Part shown: positions 12,870 through 25,000 of the stretch, piece after piece
Position numbering within the stretch: position 1 is the stretch's first letter
Layout of the letters: every line of letters begins with the position of its first letter
NCBI RefSeq assembly: GCF_021028975.2
Contig: NC_059432.1
Location: 66,030,001-66,094,000 of the forward strand
Source of the DNA: Sphaerodactylus townsendi
Lineage: Eukaryota
Length of the DNA: 64,000 nt
Reading direction: 5' to 3'
The notes under the pieces: model-generated
What the model saw: the letters and a program-made list of their open reading frames with translations, nothing else
What the model was told of the DNA's origin: nothing
Databases searched by the model: none
Program-made: the position numbers and the translations under genes

Positions 12870-13075
12870 ATCTTCCTTAAGGGAATCACAGTGCAGACCG
12901 TGAGGAGCCAGATATTTATTTCAGGCAATCACTGTATAATTGATAATATCCTAATATCAATTAATGTATTCAGATTACACAACATTTAGCCCTAAACATT
13001 TGGCATTGGTTAAAAATGTTCATGTATTGTAATGACTGAGTTGAGCTAACAATACAAGGAGACCCATTAACTTAC

Positions 13076-13157
13076 TTTGTTCCAGCATACAGTGAATCAA
13101 AAAACTGAGCTGTGATCATTGATGCATACCAAGAAACAGCCACCATTGATGAGAGAC
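13076..13157 (-). CDS. claudin-10/15-like, exon 3
   Basis: GLSSMVAVSWYASMITAQFFDSLYAGTK; 82 nt, CAG|/|GTAAG boundaries. Confidence 0.93.
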
Positions 13158-14676
13158 CTGGAGAAACAAAACAGTTCATGAGGGTATTCCTGAGGGGCCA
13201 GGAGCAACAGTAAAGCTGACATTTCTATGCACATTTGTTTGAGCACAGCTCAACTCTGCCTCCAGATTCACTCCCCAGCATTTCCAGTTTAAAAGCTTTT
13301 TGGCAGCTTACTGGGTTCAGTCTCAGACCCTAGAGTGCCACTGTCAGTCAAAGTAGGCAGTACTGATTCAGAATTAGTACAAGTTAGTGTCATATATCCA
13401 AATGAGTTTCTCTGTGTGCCATCAAGTTATGGTTGACTTATGATAACACTTAAGGATTTTCAAGGCACGAGACGTTCAGAGGTGGTTTGCCATTCCTGCC
13501 TCTGGAGAACATGGGAGGAAAGAGGTGGGGGTAAACAGTGTTATGATGGGGAAAGGCACCACCACCAGAAATGAGAGGACACAAGAAAGAAAGGAAATGT
13601 GGGAGTAAGAAGCTGGAGAAGTTCCCATGTGTTTCTCATGGTTGCCTATTTATTGTTCAGATTTCCCAAATAAAAACTATTCTGAGCATATAGGAAAAAA
13701 TCTTTTTTCAAAAGATGAGGAATGAATGGGTTTTCCCCAGGGCTATTGGCTGGTTCCATTTTCAGGATATTCTCTGCAGTCCTATTGGCAGTGGCACTGT
13801 TTTGACACTATCTGCATTATCATGGAGGATTCACACCACTTTAGATAGGTTGCTATTTTCACACCCTTATTCCTATCCACTCTGCAACTTCACTTTTTTT
13901 GCAGATACCGATAGGTGTCTGTTTCTGCAACCTTTTTTTTTGAGTGTTGCTAAGCACTATAATGCCATTGCATGATTTAAAAAGTGTCCCTCTAATTAAT
14001 TTATTTCCCAAGCCATTACAAAGTTGCACATCTATTAGTGGCAATGTTTGTCACTATAAAATTATGGAGCTAATTTCTTAGGGTTCCAATAAAACAAAAG
14101 CAAATGCTGATGTTGGCAGGACCTGCTGCACAGCTTGAAGACTGGAGGCTGAAGGAGAAAGTCCCACTAGACTAGTAAGAAATTACTATCAACCAGATCA
14201 TGGGGGCGGTTTTTGCTTTGCATCACCTCGAAGATTTGTTAGAGCAACCATCTCAGCATATTATAGATTAGCAGCACAAAGATCACTGAGATGACTAGGA
14301 CCGAGCTTCTATTCCACTTACTAGAAATACATTACAGAAATTAACAACAAGAAAAAGTAGGAATGCAACTCTGAAAGAATGGGAAAGCACTGGCACGTTT
14401 GGGGCATGGTGTAGAACTTCCATTAATCATGGCAAGGTTGCCCAATGTTGAACCAACCTAGTTTGAGTCATATAGAGTTCTTCACTTTGCAGCCATCCTA
14501 TAGACTCTACTTGGGTCACTCTGTGGTCTGGATTGAGTCACTTGATTTGTGAGGAGCTAGTAGGTGGATGTGTTGCTACTTCACAGCAGAGGTTGGGACT
14601 AGATTTCTCTTCATTCCTTTCTATCCCCAGGATTTCATTTTCTCCACTCTTATCAAAGGTGCTCCTGATTTCTCAC

Positions 14677-14841
14677 CTGATAAAATGAAGAGCATTCCTC
14701 CTGTTGTGGCAATCTTCGCCTTTGTATATTTATTACTGTGCCCAAGTTGAGTGCACTCTAAACCAAACACTGTCACCAGAACACCAAACAGACCCAAGAT
14801 AAGGGAAATGACCATCAGGGCTCGGCATGCTTGGATATAAG
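14677..14841 (-). CDS. claudin-10/15-like, exon 2
   Basis: YIQACRALMVISLILGLFGVLVTVFGLECTQLG...KAKIATTGGMLFILS; 165 nt, phase 1/1. Confidence 0.95.
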
Positions 14842-15994
14842 CTGCAACAGAAGGAAAATTGATAGAAGTCAGGGTTTTTTTTAAATTCCAGGAATTTAAT
14901 AAGAATCAAAGAATCAAAAAGTGTCATTCTTAACGAGCTTGGAAGTAAAGATGCAAAAACAAATGTGGGCATACAGAGGTGAGCAATAACCTGGGCAAAT
15001 ACTCTGTACACATACATTCCCATAATTTGGTGGCCATTTTCTTACTTCAGTTTAATTTTTGAAGCTGTCCTTCCTTTCCTCACTTCCATGATTTATTTCT
15101 CTTCCCTTGCAAAATCTCTGGTTCTCATATCTTGACTCTATCCAGCTCCTAGCTTACACCTAAATTATTAGTGAATTTTGTGAAAGTCCCATTGAGGTAA
15201 ATTGCTCCTTTCCTCAGCATCACTTAACAGAGACTTAGAGCTACTAATAACATTGCCATCTTTTTAATCCTTTAGTGAAGAGGGAAACCAGAAGTGGAAA
15301 GACCTTCATAGGGAAATGTGAAATGCTTGAGAGCACTGTATCATAGTGTGTATTGATTCACCAAGTAATTTATTAAACCAATTTACCAAGCTCTAGAAGT
15401 TGCAACACATGACTAATGAATCAAGTGGCAAGGACAGGTGATGAGGAAATCAATGTAAGCTGCATGATTTTTATATAATCTTTTGTTATGCAGCTGAATT
15501 ATGAGCTATTATCTAACATTGCCATTTGCTTTTGAGGTTAGGGAGAGTGTCACAAGGCCAGGAACTCCTGCCTTTTAAATCCTGGGTTATTTTCTTCCAG
15601 ATACTCAAAAACCACTGAGTTTTCCAAAGATTTATTAAAACAACAGAAGATAAGAAATGTTTCTAATACACGGATTTCTCAGCTCATCTCTAGCATCATT
15701 CCAGGCAGTTTTTTTGTTTCAGACCTGGCACCGAAGTTCTTCCTCCTGCCCCGCCTGAATTAGAACACCCTTTGTTCGCACTCTTTGGTCCCCAGGTAAA
15801 CTCTGTTTCCTGGCCTTGTTGTAAACCAGTTCTTTGTTCTTACTGTTTGGCTACTAGCTTTCTTTTGGGTAATTTATTCAAAGCCTTTCCGTTTCCTTTC
15901 TGCAGATCAAAGGCCCTTGTCAGGCTAGTATGAATCTGCCTGATACTGTACCCAGAGCAACCTCTTCACAGATAGTTTTGTTCAATGAAACTTC

Positions 15995-16145
15995 CTGATC
16001 TTGGGCTAGTCACAGTTCTTTGGAACTCTCTCAGCCCCACCTACCTCATAGGTGTCTGTTGTGCAGAAAGGGAGGGAAAGGAGTTAGTAAGCCACCTTGA
16101 GTCTCCTTACAGGAGAGAAAGGTGGGGTATAAATCCAAACTCTTC
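15995..16145 (+). mobile_element. SINE 3' fragment
   Basis: CTTGGGCTAGTCACAG...CTCTCAGCCCCACCTACCTCA...GGTATAAATCCAAACTCTTC; same family as 43905-44185. Confidence 0.7.
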
Positions 16146-16670
16146 TTTTATTTAATTGTCTGAGCATGCGGACATGAATAACAAAAGTGATGAGCTAGCA
16201 AGGAGTTCAACCCAGGGTTGAGATCCCCTATTTTTGGCAAATAAATAAATAGCATGAGCTTCACAAAACTTCCCATAGGGCCCAAAGTCTGTTCTTCTCC
16301 ACACCTGTCTACTCAGGCATTCCCAGGTTTGCTTGGAGTCTTGTAGTTAGGGAGATCAGCCTCCATATGGGACCTGGGGAATTCCTGGAATTACTTCTCA
16401 TCTTCAGACTACAGAGATCACTTCCCCTGGAGAAATGAATGTTTTGGAGGGTAGACACTAAGGCAGGGGTGTAACGAGGCAGCCCTGGGCAAACTGTAGC
16501 CCTGGGCAAAACCTGAGTTGGATGCCACCCCACCCCCCCCATGGGCGGCCACTCCACCATGACCAAATTTTTTTTGCACCAGGACATTGGTGCCTGCAGG
16601 GGGTGCGTTTTAGAAATATCAGCACCACAATTTCTTTTTTTTAAATATTTTTATTGATATTTCGGAATTA

Positions 16671-19600
16671 TTACAGATTTATATTGTGTACTTTATATAC
16701 ATCCTCCATATCTTTTCCCCCCTTTTTTCCCCTCCCCCTCCTTCTTCTTCTCTTCTTTAGATGCGCAGCAGCAGGTCCATTCTTTTCAATCTTCTTGTCC
16801 ATTTTTCTTCTGTAATTCCAATTTCGTTTAGCCAGTCTTCTTTTCAGAATTCCATCCAAAATCCCCTTCATATCCTTTTGTTTTTTTTCTTGCCATATTT
16901 TGATTTCCTCTTTGACATTTGTGTCGAAAATTTCTAATTGTATTTGCTCCCATGTATATTCCAACCATTTCTGCACTGTCCAAGATTTTTTTGTCCTTTC
17001 CCACCCCAATGCTATTACTGCATGGGTCGGCTTCCCTGATCATGAATTTGAAAAAGTTTTCTTTTTCTTTGTTCTATTATAGTATAATCCAAATATACCT
17101 ATAAATGAAGTAAAATCTTATATTTATCTTTATTTTTTACCTTTACATATTTTTTCTATGTATTTTTATCACATTTTCCCACATATTTTTTACTTCTATA
17201 CATTCTAGCCACATATGGGTATATATTGCATTTTTATCTCCCACAATGCTACTTAACATTTCGGGCTGAGTCCACTTATCATATATGCCAACTGTTTCGA
17301 TTGATTTCATATATACCATTTTAATATTAATTTCTTCTCTCTAGTTCTGCATATTTATCTATTTTTATTTTATTTATATTGTCTATAGTCCTTTTTAATA
17401 CAAGATCTATGTCTTTCACTCCATCTTTTGTTGCCATTTTTTTCCATTATTATGATTCTTATCATAAATCCTTGATCTTCTATCAATGTTTTGTGTATAA
17501 AACTCCTAACATTTGTCCTTTCTTTCTCCTCATATATTTTTATACAACTTTTCATTATACACTCTTCCTCCCTCCTGGAGGCTTTTTTATCTTTTCCCCA
17601 GATTCCTCTTTAATAGTAACCAGTTTTCTTTACCTCCTTTCTCTATAAAATTTGGAAAGCGGTATTGAATTCTCCTCTTTCAATTTGTACAGTTGTGCTA
17701 ACCTTATATATTCCTTGTCTATGTAGAGATCTTTATTGCTTGTGCTCCTTCCTGTCTCAACCATGCTTTCATGCGAGTGGTGCCGCAGATCCAGTAACCC
17801 TGGCATCCATTTTTTCCCTTCCATTTCTCTCCCAGATTTCCATTGACACCTTTCTAGGGCCTTTTAATTTTGTCTTTCTATTTTTTTTGAACAAGCTTGA
17901 ATATATTCCCAAAGCTACCCGTGTTAAAATTTATTTCATTTTCGAACTTCATCCATCTGTCTCTTTTATCTATTTGAATTCCCATCAAACTTTTTTTATT
18001 TAGGAAATGCCCTTTCGTAATATTCCTGTAATTTTGGGAGCCCCCAGCCCATTAGTTTTTTTTAGGACATATATAGACTATTTTGTATTCATCACTCCTG
18101 GTTTCTTTTTTGATTAGAAATGCCCATGGATTGTAATTTTCTTGTCCCATTCTTCAGAATTGTTTTCTTCTTAATCTCTAACGACAAAGAAGTCACGAAA
18201 TAGATAGAAGAGTTTTGGCATTATAATACACATTTTTTAATGCTACTATTCTCTTAGAAATAGATAGATTCTTCCCCTTGCCACTCCTTTTAATTGCTTT
18301 GTTATTTTTTTTCCATATTACTTCATAATTATGTTTCTAAACATGTCTTTTCCTTCTTATTTGTTAAATGTTATACCTAAGTATTTAATCTTCTTCTTCA
18401 CCATTTCCTTCCCTAGTAGTTTTTTTTTCTATATTTATTCCCAGGATTTTCAGTTTTCTCCAATATTAACCACCAAACCTTCAAGAATGCTTTTGAAAGT
18501 CTTCTAATATTATTTTTAATTTACTTTTAAAAGTTTCTACAGGGTTAGTTGTTATTGGCTAATAAATCATCTGCAAATAGAATTTAATCTTATTTCTTTC
18601 TTTTTTATTGATTTTTATAGCCTTTGATCCTACGTCAAGTATTTTCTAATTCTATCCGCTAGATATTCCAGAAATTGCTACCTCACTTGGAGAATAATGA
18701 TGGAGAAAGCGGACATCCTTGTTTCTACAACCTCTTTCTATCCTAATTTCTTCCGACCATCCATTATTTATCACTTAATCTTTGCTTTTATTGTTTTTAT
18801 ATAATTCTTTTTAATATCGATTTATTAATCCCTTTCCAAATCCCGTCTCGTTCCATTATTTGGAATAAATATGCATGTAGCTAACTGTGTCCAAATGCTT
18901 TTGTAGACATCTAATTTTTATCATGGCATATTTTTTATCCTTCTCCAAATCATATTCAATACATTTCTTATGGGATAGCTAATATCTCTATCCTTCACAA
19001 AATCCATTATTGATCTTGACCAATTATTTTTGGTACTATTGCGCTTTATTCTGTCTTCGACAATATTTTAGTAAATATTTTATAATCCTGGTTTTACAAT
19101 AAACTTATAGGTCTATATGATTCAACCCTGTTCTGGATTCTTAGCAAGTCCTGGTTTTAATATGAGTGATTATTTCTGTTTCCTCTCCATGTTTTCTTGG
19201 TATTTTTCTGTCCCTTTAATATCTTATTATTATATAACCTTTTGTAAAATTCAGGTATTAATATTTCTGCCATTTCTTTGTCCTACTCTGCTGTAAATCC
19301 CTCTAAACCCGGAAACTTGTTGTTCTTTAATTCTTTTATTACTAAGCCTTTTTTATTTCTTCTTGTGTTATATCTTTCTCCATACTTTGTTTCTCTTCCT
19401 GTGTTAGATCTTTTTTTATGTATTTCTTTCTATCCTTTCTGTGTCTATCCTTTTAAAAAATAATTTTTGAGTAAACACTGGCATGCGAACCTTTGCTCTA
19501 ATTCTTTTTATGTTTCCTGTTATTCTTTCATTATTTTCACTTATTATTGATTTGTGAATCTCTTTTTGTTTTTTCTTTTTCTTTTTTCTTTTTAAATAAT

Positions 19601-20718
19601 TGGCTAGATTGTTTCCCATTGACTTTATATTGGTTCTTTGAAATTGATTTTTACCCATGTGTCTTTTTTCCATAACTCTGAGCTGATCCAATTCCTCCAG
19701 TTGTTTATTTAGTAGTTTTAATTCATTTATAGTCCTCGTTATATTATTTCTGTTCTGTAGTTTGTCTCTGCAGTCTTTGATTTTTTCCACTAATTGATGT
19801 CTTCTTTCCTTATTTAATAATCGCTTTTTTCTGTCTTTTTTGTATTTCTATACAATACCCTCTCATTACTGCCTTCGAGGCATCCCATTTCAACATCCGT
19901 CCAAGAGGCGGTGTTGTTTCTATTTTTTCTAGAAAATAATTTTTCATTCGCTTTCCTGTAAAATCTCTCTTATTTCTTTTCATTCTTCATTATAATATTA
20001 TCATATCTCCATCTATACTGTTTTGTCCTCTTTTTGCCAAAGGTCTGAATGTAGCTACCACGGGAGACATGGTCTGAAATCCACTCTTTATGTGTCTGGC
20101 TCTTTCTACACATTGAATAAGACTCCATGTTCTTTTGTCAGAATATAGTCTAGCTTGTGTAATGTAAGATTTTTTTTTTATATGTCTGTTAGAATAGAAA
20201 GTTGGTTGTTGTGATTTTCCCGTCTCCTCATACATATTAGTTATATTCCATTTTTTAAAGCCCTTATAAGTTCTTAAATCCATATTACAGTCTCCCACTA
20301 TTAATGTTTCTCCTTTATATTCCCTTTGTACTCTGTTAAATTGTTTTTGTAGGAAACTCTTTTGCTTTTTGTTAGGTGCATATAAGTTCATTAGTGTTAT
20401 TTGTATCTCATTAAGGAAACCTTGTAACAAAATCCATCTCCCATTTTGATCCTTCAATATTTTTTGCACTTGTATGTTTATATTATTTTTCGCCAAAATA
20501 GCAACACCATTCTTCTTTCCCTCTGCTCTTGATTCACATAAGGTTCTCCAGCCCGGTAGCTTTATTAAAGGAGCAATATCTCTCTTTCTTTTATGCGTTT
20601 CTTGGATGCAAACCAAATCCCAGTTTTCTTTCTTAACTAGTTTGGCTAGTTTAAATCTTTTGAAATTGGAATTTAATCCGTTAATATTTACAGATACAAG
20701 TTTTAAATCTCCTGCCAT
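16671..20718 (-). pseudogene. L1 ORF2 (APE endonuclease-RT-Cys-rich), frameshifted as assembled
   Basis: Clean endonuclease N-terminus in ORF 19990-20718; RT and C-terminal motifs distributed over several frames. Confidence 0.85.
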
Positions 20719-21275
20719 AAGTAATAATTTTTGTCTACTATTTTCGGGCCTGCTGCTGTTTCATATTCATTTATTTTTTCCCCTCATTTTCCCCCCTTCT
20801 CCCCCTTTCCAGATGTTCCTCCCTCCCACATCTTGGATTTTCGGCCTCTGCGGTCTTCCCTCCCCCCCCCAGCATATATTCTTAGTCAATTCTCTCTGTT
20901 AATGGCAATCAATCAGTTTAAAAATTCTTACAACATTCAAATAAAAAGATACTTCTAAATACATACATATCAACTAGATTGCATCTTACAACCTATTTTT
21001 CCATCAGAAGAGAGTTTTCTGTCTGGGCATTCCGCCCATTTTGATGTTTACTGAAACAGTGTTGAAGCTAGATAATACTATTCAAAACAAATTTCTGGGA
21101 AACTTTCCCAGGTTGTTAAAGTAAACAATGTTAGAGCAGATTACTGTTTTAATATCTTCTAAAAACTACATACAAGAGTTATTTTAGTTAGTGATTGTTA
21201 TTCAGTTAAATTCTATTAGTACTTAGAGTGAAATGTTATATAGCCATTTAAAAGAATTTTTGAAGAAGTCTTGAC

Positions 21276-22094
21276 TTATGTTATCTTTCTTTGGCGCTTT
21301 GAACGTCTGGTATCTTGTGAAGTTGCAGCCTGGTCCTGCATGTCGTCTTCTTCTGAATCACTGTCTGTCTGAGGTTCTGCAGCTTCCAAGGAAAGACCCA
21401 GTTTATCCAGAAGTTGTTGTGCCTCCCTTGGGGTTCTTGCTATATATTTCTGATTGCTTTCAAAGTGCAGGATCGCCATTGGTAAAATCCATGAGAATTT
21501 TTTATTTGCCTTATATAGAGCGTTTGCATAGGGCATTAGTGCTTTCTTGATTTGCAGCGTTTCTGGTGAAAGATCTTGTCTCACAAAAATTTTCTTGCCT
21601 TTATACATCAGAGGCTGAGCATTTCTCAGCTTCTTGTATAGTGTTTCTTTGATCTCTTCTGTAGTGCATTTGAAAATAATGTCTGGAGTTCTGTTTCCCT
21701 GAGAAAATCCTCTGTGGGCTCTATCTATCGATTCCGGTGTCGTTGGAATGTTTATAGAATTGAGCCACTGTATTAATTGGTTTTTTATATCTGTTTCATC
21801 CTCCATTCTCGGGACTCCAATTAAACGAAGGTTTGCACGTCTTTGTCTATCTGAGAGAGAGGCTATTTTTGATTTCAGGAAGTCAATATCATCAGTATTT
21901 TTCTTTATTTGTTTCTCGTTTTTAATCACTCTCTCCGCAGTGTTAGAAAATTTCTTTGACATGTCTTGTATGTCTTTATCAATTGCAATCAGGTTAGTCT
22001 GTGTTGTCTTAGTAAAGTCATCAAAGGAAGCCTTTATCTGATTTGTTAGCTCTAACAAATCTGTTTTGGTTACATAATTTTCCTTGGGCGCCAT
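21276..22094 (-). CDS. L1 ORF1p (coiled coil + RRM + CTD), intact 272 aa
   Basis: Heptad-rich N-terminus followed by RRANLRLIGVP, IDRAHR and IFVRQDLSPET, typical L1 ORF1 motifs. Confidence 0.9.
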   Translation of the reverse strand: MAPKENYVTKTDLLELTNQIKASFDDFTKTTQTNLIAIDKDIQDMSKKFSNTAERVIKNEKQIKKNTDDIDFLKSKIASLSDRQRRANLRLIGVPRMEDETDIKNQLIQWLNSINIPTTPESIDRAHRGFSQGNRTPDIIFKCTTEEIKETLYKKLRNAQPLMYKGKKIFVRQDLSPETLQIKKALMPYANALYKANKKFSWILPMAILHFESNQKYIARTPREAQQLLDKLGLSLEAAEPQTDSDSEEDDMQDQAATSQDTRRSKRQRKIT

Positions 22095-25000
22095 ATTTTT
22101 GCTTCGCCCTTTATCTTTTTAGTATTTTAATTGGACTCACCGGTTTGTTTTTCGTCTCTTCAAAGCTGTCCGGTGTTCTCTCTTTTGAGTTCTCTGTTTT
22201 AAGTTGATTATTAGTCTTTATCTTCTCTTTTATGCCATTAAATCTTTGTTGCTTGCTGGGAGGGTGTCGAAAAGCGTCTAATCCTTGTCGGACATGCGCA
22301 GAAAAGGCAGCACCACAATTTCAGCATATCATCAGGAGACTGTCCTTATGCTACTCCCCAAGTTTGGTGAGGTTTGGTTCAAGGAGTCCAAAGTTATGGA
22401 CTCCCAAAAGGGGTGCCCCATCCCCATTGTTTCCAATGGGAGCTAATAGGAGATGAGGGCTACAGTTTTGAGGGTCCATAACTTTGGCCCCCTTGAACCA
22501 AACTGCACCAAACCTGGGGGGTGTCATCAGGGCAGTATCCTGATGAGACCCTGAAAGCTTTGAGACTGTGCCTTCAGAAATGTCCCCCCCAGCCTGCAAT
22601 CCCAATGGATAGCAATATAGAAAACTCAATGCAGAACAAAGATTCTTGGGCAAATTTCTGGAATGTTCCTGCAGGGGGCGCATTCTTGGATGTATAGGCA
22701 CCAGAATTTCAGGGTATCACCTGGAAACTGTCTTTATGGTACCCCCAAAGTTTGGTGCAGTTTGGTTTAGGGGGTCCAAAGTTATGGACCCTCAAAAGGG
22801 GTACCGAATCCCACATTCTTTGCTAAGGAGATGGGGGCTACCCTTTTGAGGGTCCATAACTTTGGACCCACTGAACCAAACTGCACCAAACCTTGGGGGT
22901 GCCATCATGACAGTCTCCAGATGATACCCTGAAATTTTGGTGTTGATACATCCAAGAATGCCCTCCCTGCAAGAACATCCCAAAATTTGCCCAAGAATCT
23001 TCTGCATTGAGTTTTCTATATTGCGATCCATTGGGGTTGCAGGCTGGGGGGGACATTTCTGAAGGCACAGTCTCAAAGCTTTCAGGGTCTCATCAGGATA
23101 CTGCCCTAATGATTCCCCCCAGGTTTGGTGCAGTTTGGTTCAGGGGGGCCAAAGTTATGGACCCTCAAAACTGTAGCCCCATCTCCTATTAGCTCCCATT
23201 GGAAACACTGGGGGATAGGGGCACCCCCTTTGGGAGTCCATAACTTTGGACTCCCTGAACCAAACCTCACCAAACTTGGGGGGTTGCATAAGGACAGTCT
23301 CTTGATGATACGCTGAAAATTTGGTGCCGCTAGCCTAAAAACTGCGCCCCCTGTAGGCCAAAAATGGAAAACCACTAAAATACCTAAAAACAAACCCAGC
23401 ATTTTGATGCCCCCCACAAGGTGATGCCCTGGGCAGCTGCCCACCTTGTCCAATGGGCATTACGCCAGTGCACTAAGGCATTTCACCCAGCAAGGTCCCT
23501 GTCCTCTCCCAAGCTCAAATCTCCAGGAGTTTACTAATCTGGATCTGGCAATCTCACGTTCCTGTATCTCACCAGTGTCTGCAGGAACCCAGGAACCCTT
23601 CTTGTTACTGACTGAGGGAAATAGGGAGAAAACTGGGTGGGGAAGAAGAGTTGGGTGAAAATGGTTCAGGGGAAGGGTAAAGGTCCACTCATGCCAGAGA
23701 TGCTGAAGAGAGAAGCAAGGACAACATTTTGTGGGTTAGAATCACTTCTAAGCCCCATGCAGTTGAACAAGTAGTGAGATTTGTTTCATATGGTGTTCAA
23801 TTTAGGTCTGAGTGGTTTAAGGAATAGCCAAGAATGAATCTTTGTCTGGTCCATAGTGGCTTCAGCAGCCTTGCCTCCTGCCCATTGATTCTCACAGTTG
23901 TGGCATTGCACCAGCGATGCAGACAGACACAAAATGTTCTGCTGCCACAGAAGCCTATACATGAATTCAGACATGCTATCTAAAGTGGTTTGTGCATGTG
24001 TGATAAATAGGAAGGCAGTTTCCAATGGATTTCTGAATTGCTTCATGGCTACACATGAAGATGGCTTTACAACTGCATCTCAATCTTCCTGCACTATTTC
24101 CAGTGCACACGTGATTTCAGTCTTTATTACTGTGCCAACATCCAGCCAAACCTGTGGCATAACAATGACTCATAGTGAGACTGTACAACATAAAAATCAG
24201 CAGAAAGGGCTATGGAGAAGTCACCAATGGCCTCAACATTGCTTGACATCACAATAAAGTTCTTTCGGATTTCATGGAATCATCCATGTTAGTATAATTT
24301 GTTGAATAGTAGTAAAAATTTCTAACGGAATGGTAACTAATGAGCAAAATAGCAAGATATATTCAAGATAGAGCATTTATTTTTGCTGTCCCCAGAAATT
24401 CAGATCTGAGATATGTAATCCCTGTGTGACATCACAAGTGATGCTGGAGCACTTCTCTTGGTTTCTGCTTACCACAGTTGCTCATGCCACACCAATGTTT
24501 GATCCAGAAATAAATTACATCTTAATATCCTCTGAGATGTTACCAGGAAACTTACAATTTTTATTTATTTACTTATACTCTGCTTTTTTCCGCATTTCCT
24601 TTCATCGTACTGAAGGGCGAGTTCATTCAGAATGCACATAGTAAGGGTAACCAACCCTACAACTTAACCCTAAAAAAACTTGCTGTCCCAAATGACTGCA
24701 TGCACTAGCCGTGTGGTTGCACTGGACTTGGACGGACTTGGCCCCCTCATCTCAGATAAGTCACCATGTGACTTCATACTATGTTGATGCAAAGCACATC
24801 ATCATCACTCTCATAGCTAGCATATCTTTTAAGTACAGGGTACTACTGTTTTCTGTGCAGTGACAGAACTTTGATTTCCTCTCTTATCAGACATATACCC
24901 GGATGACTAATTGCCTTCAAGTATAATAAAAATCACTTTTAAAGCAATGAAACAAATGAAGTCAGCAGCCAACTGATTGCCAAGTGCCAAATATGTTATC

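Larger units (their letters stand above)
16635..22307 (-). mobile_element. full-length L1-clade LINE
   Basis: 15-bp TSD CAGCACCACAATTTC (16620-16634, 22308-22322); poly(A) tail and AATAAA at 16635-16655; ORF1 and ORF2 motifs (VSVNINGL, CIQETH, NLYAPN, QGCPLSP ~18710, LFADD ~18570, C-terminal HMWLEC ~17210). Confidence 0.95.
16464..23470. mobile_element. non-autonomous hAT-type DNA transposon (~1.3 kb net) with large internal foldback, interrupted by an L1
   Basis: Perfect 8-bp TSD CACTAAGG (16456-16463, 23471-23478); imperfect TIRs CAGGGGTGTAACG / CATTACGCCAGTG; internal inverted arms ~22310-22800 vs ~22840-23330. Confidence 0.85.

Noticed and set aside
22232-23453. Cluster of similar short ORFs (PPRFGAVWF...) and a CRISPR-like repeat impression
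   Set aside because: Products of the internally repetitive foldback transposon; no unique spacers, no cas genes, vertebrate DNA.
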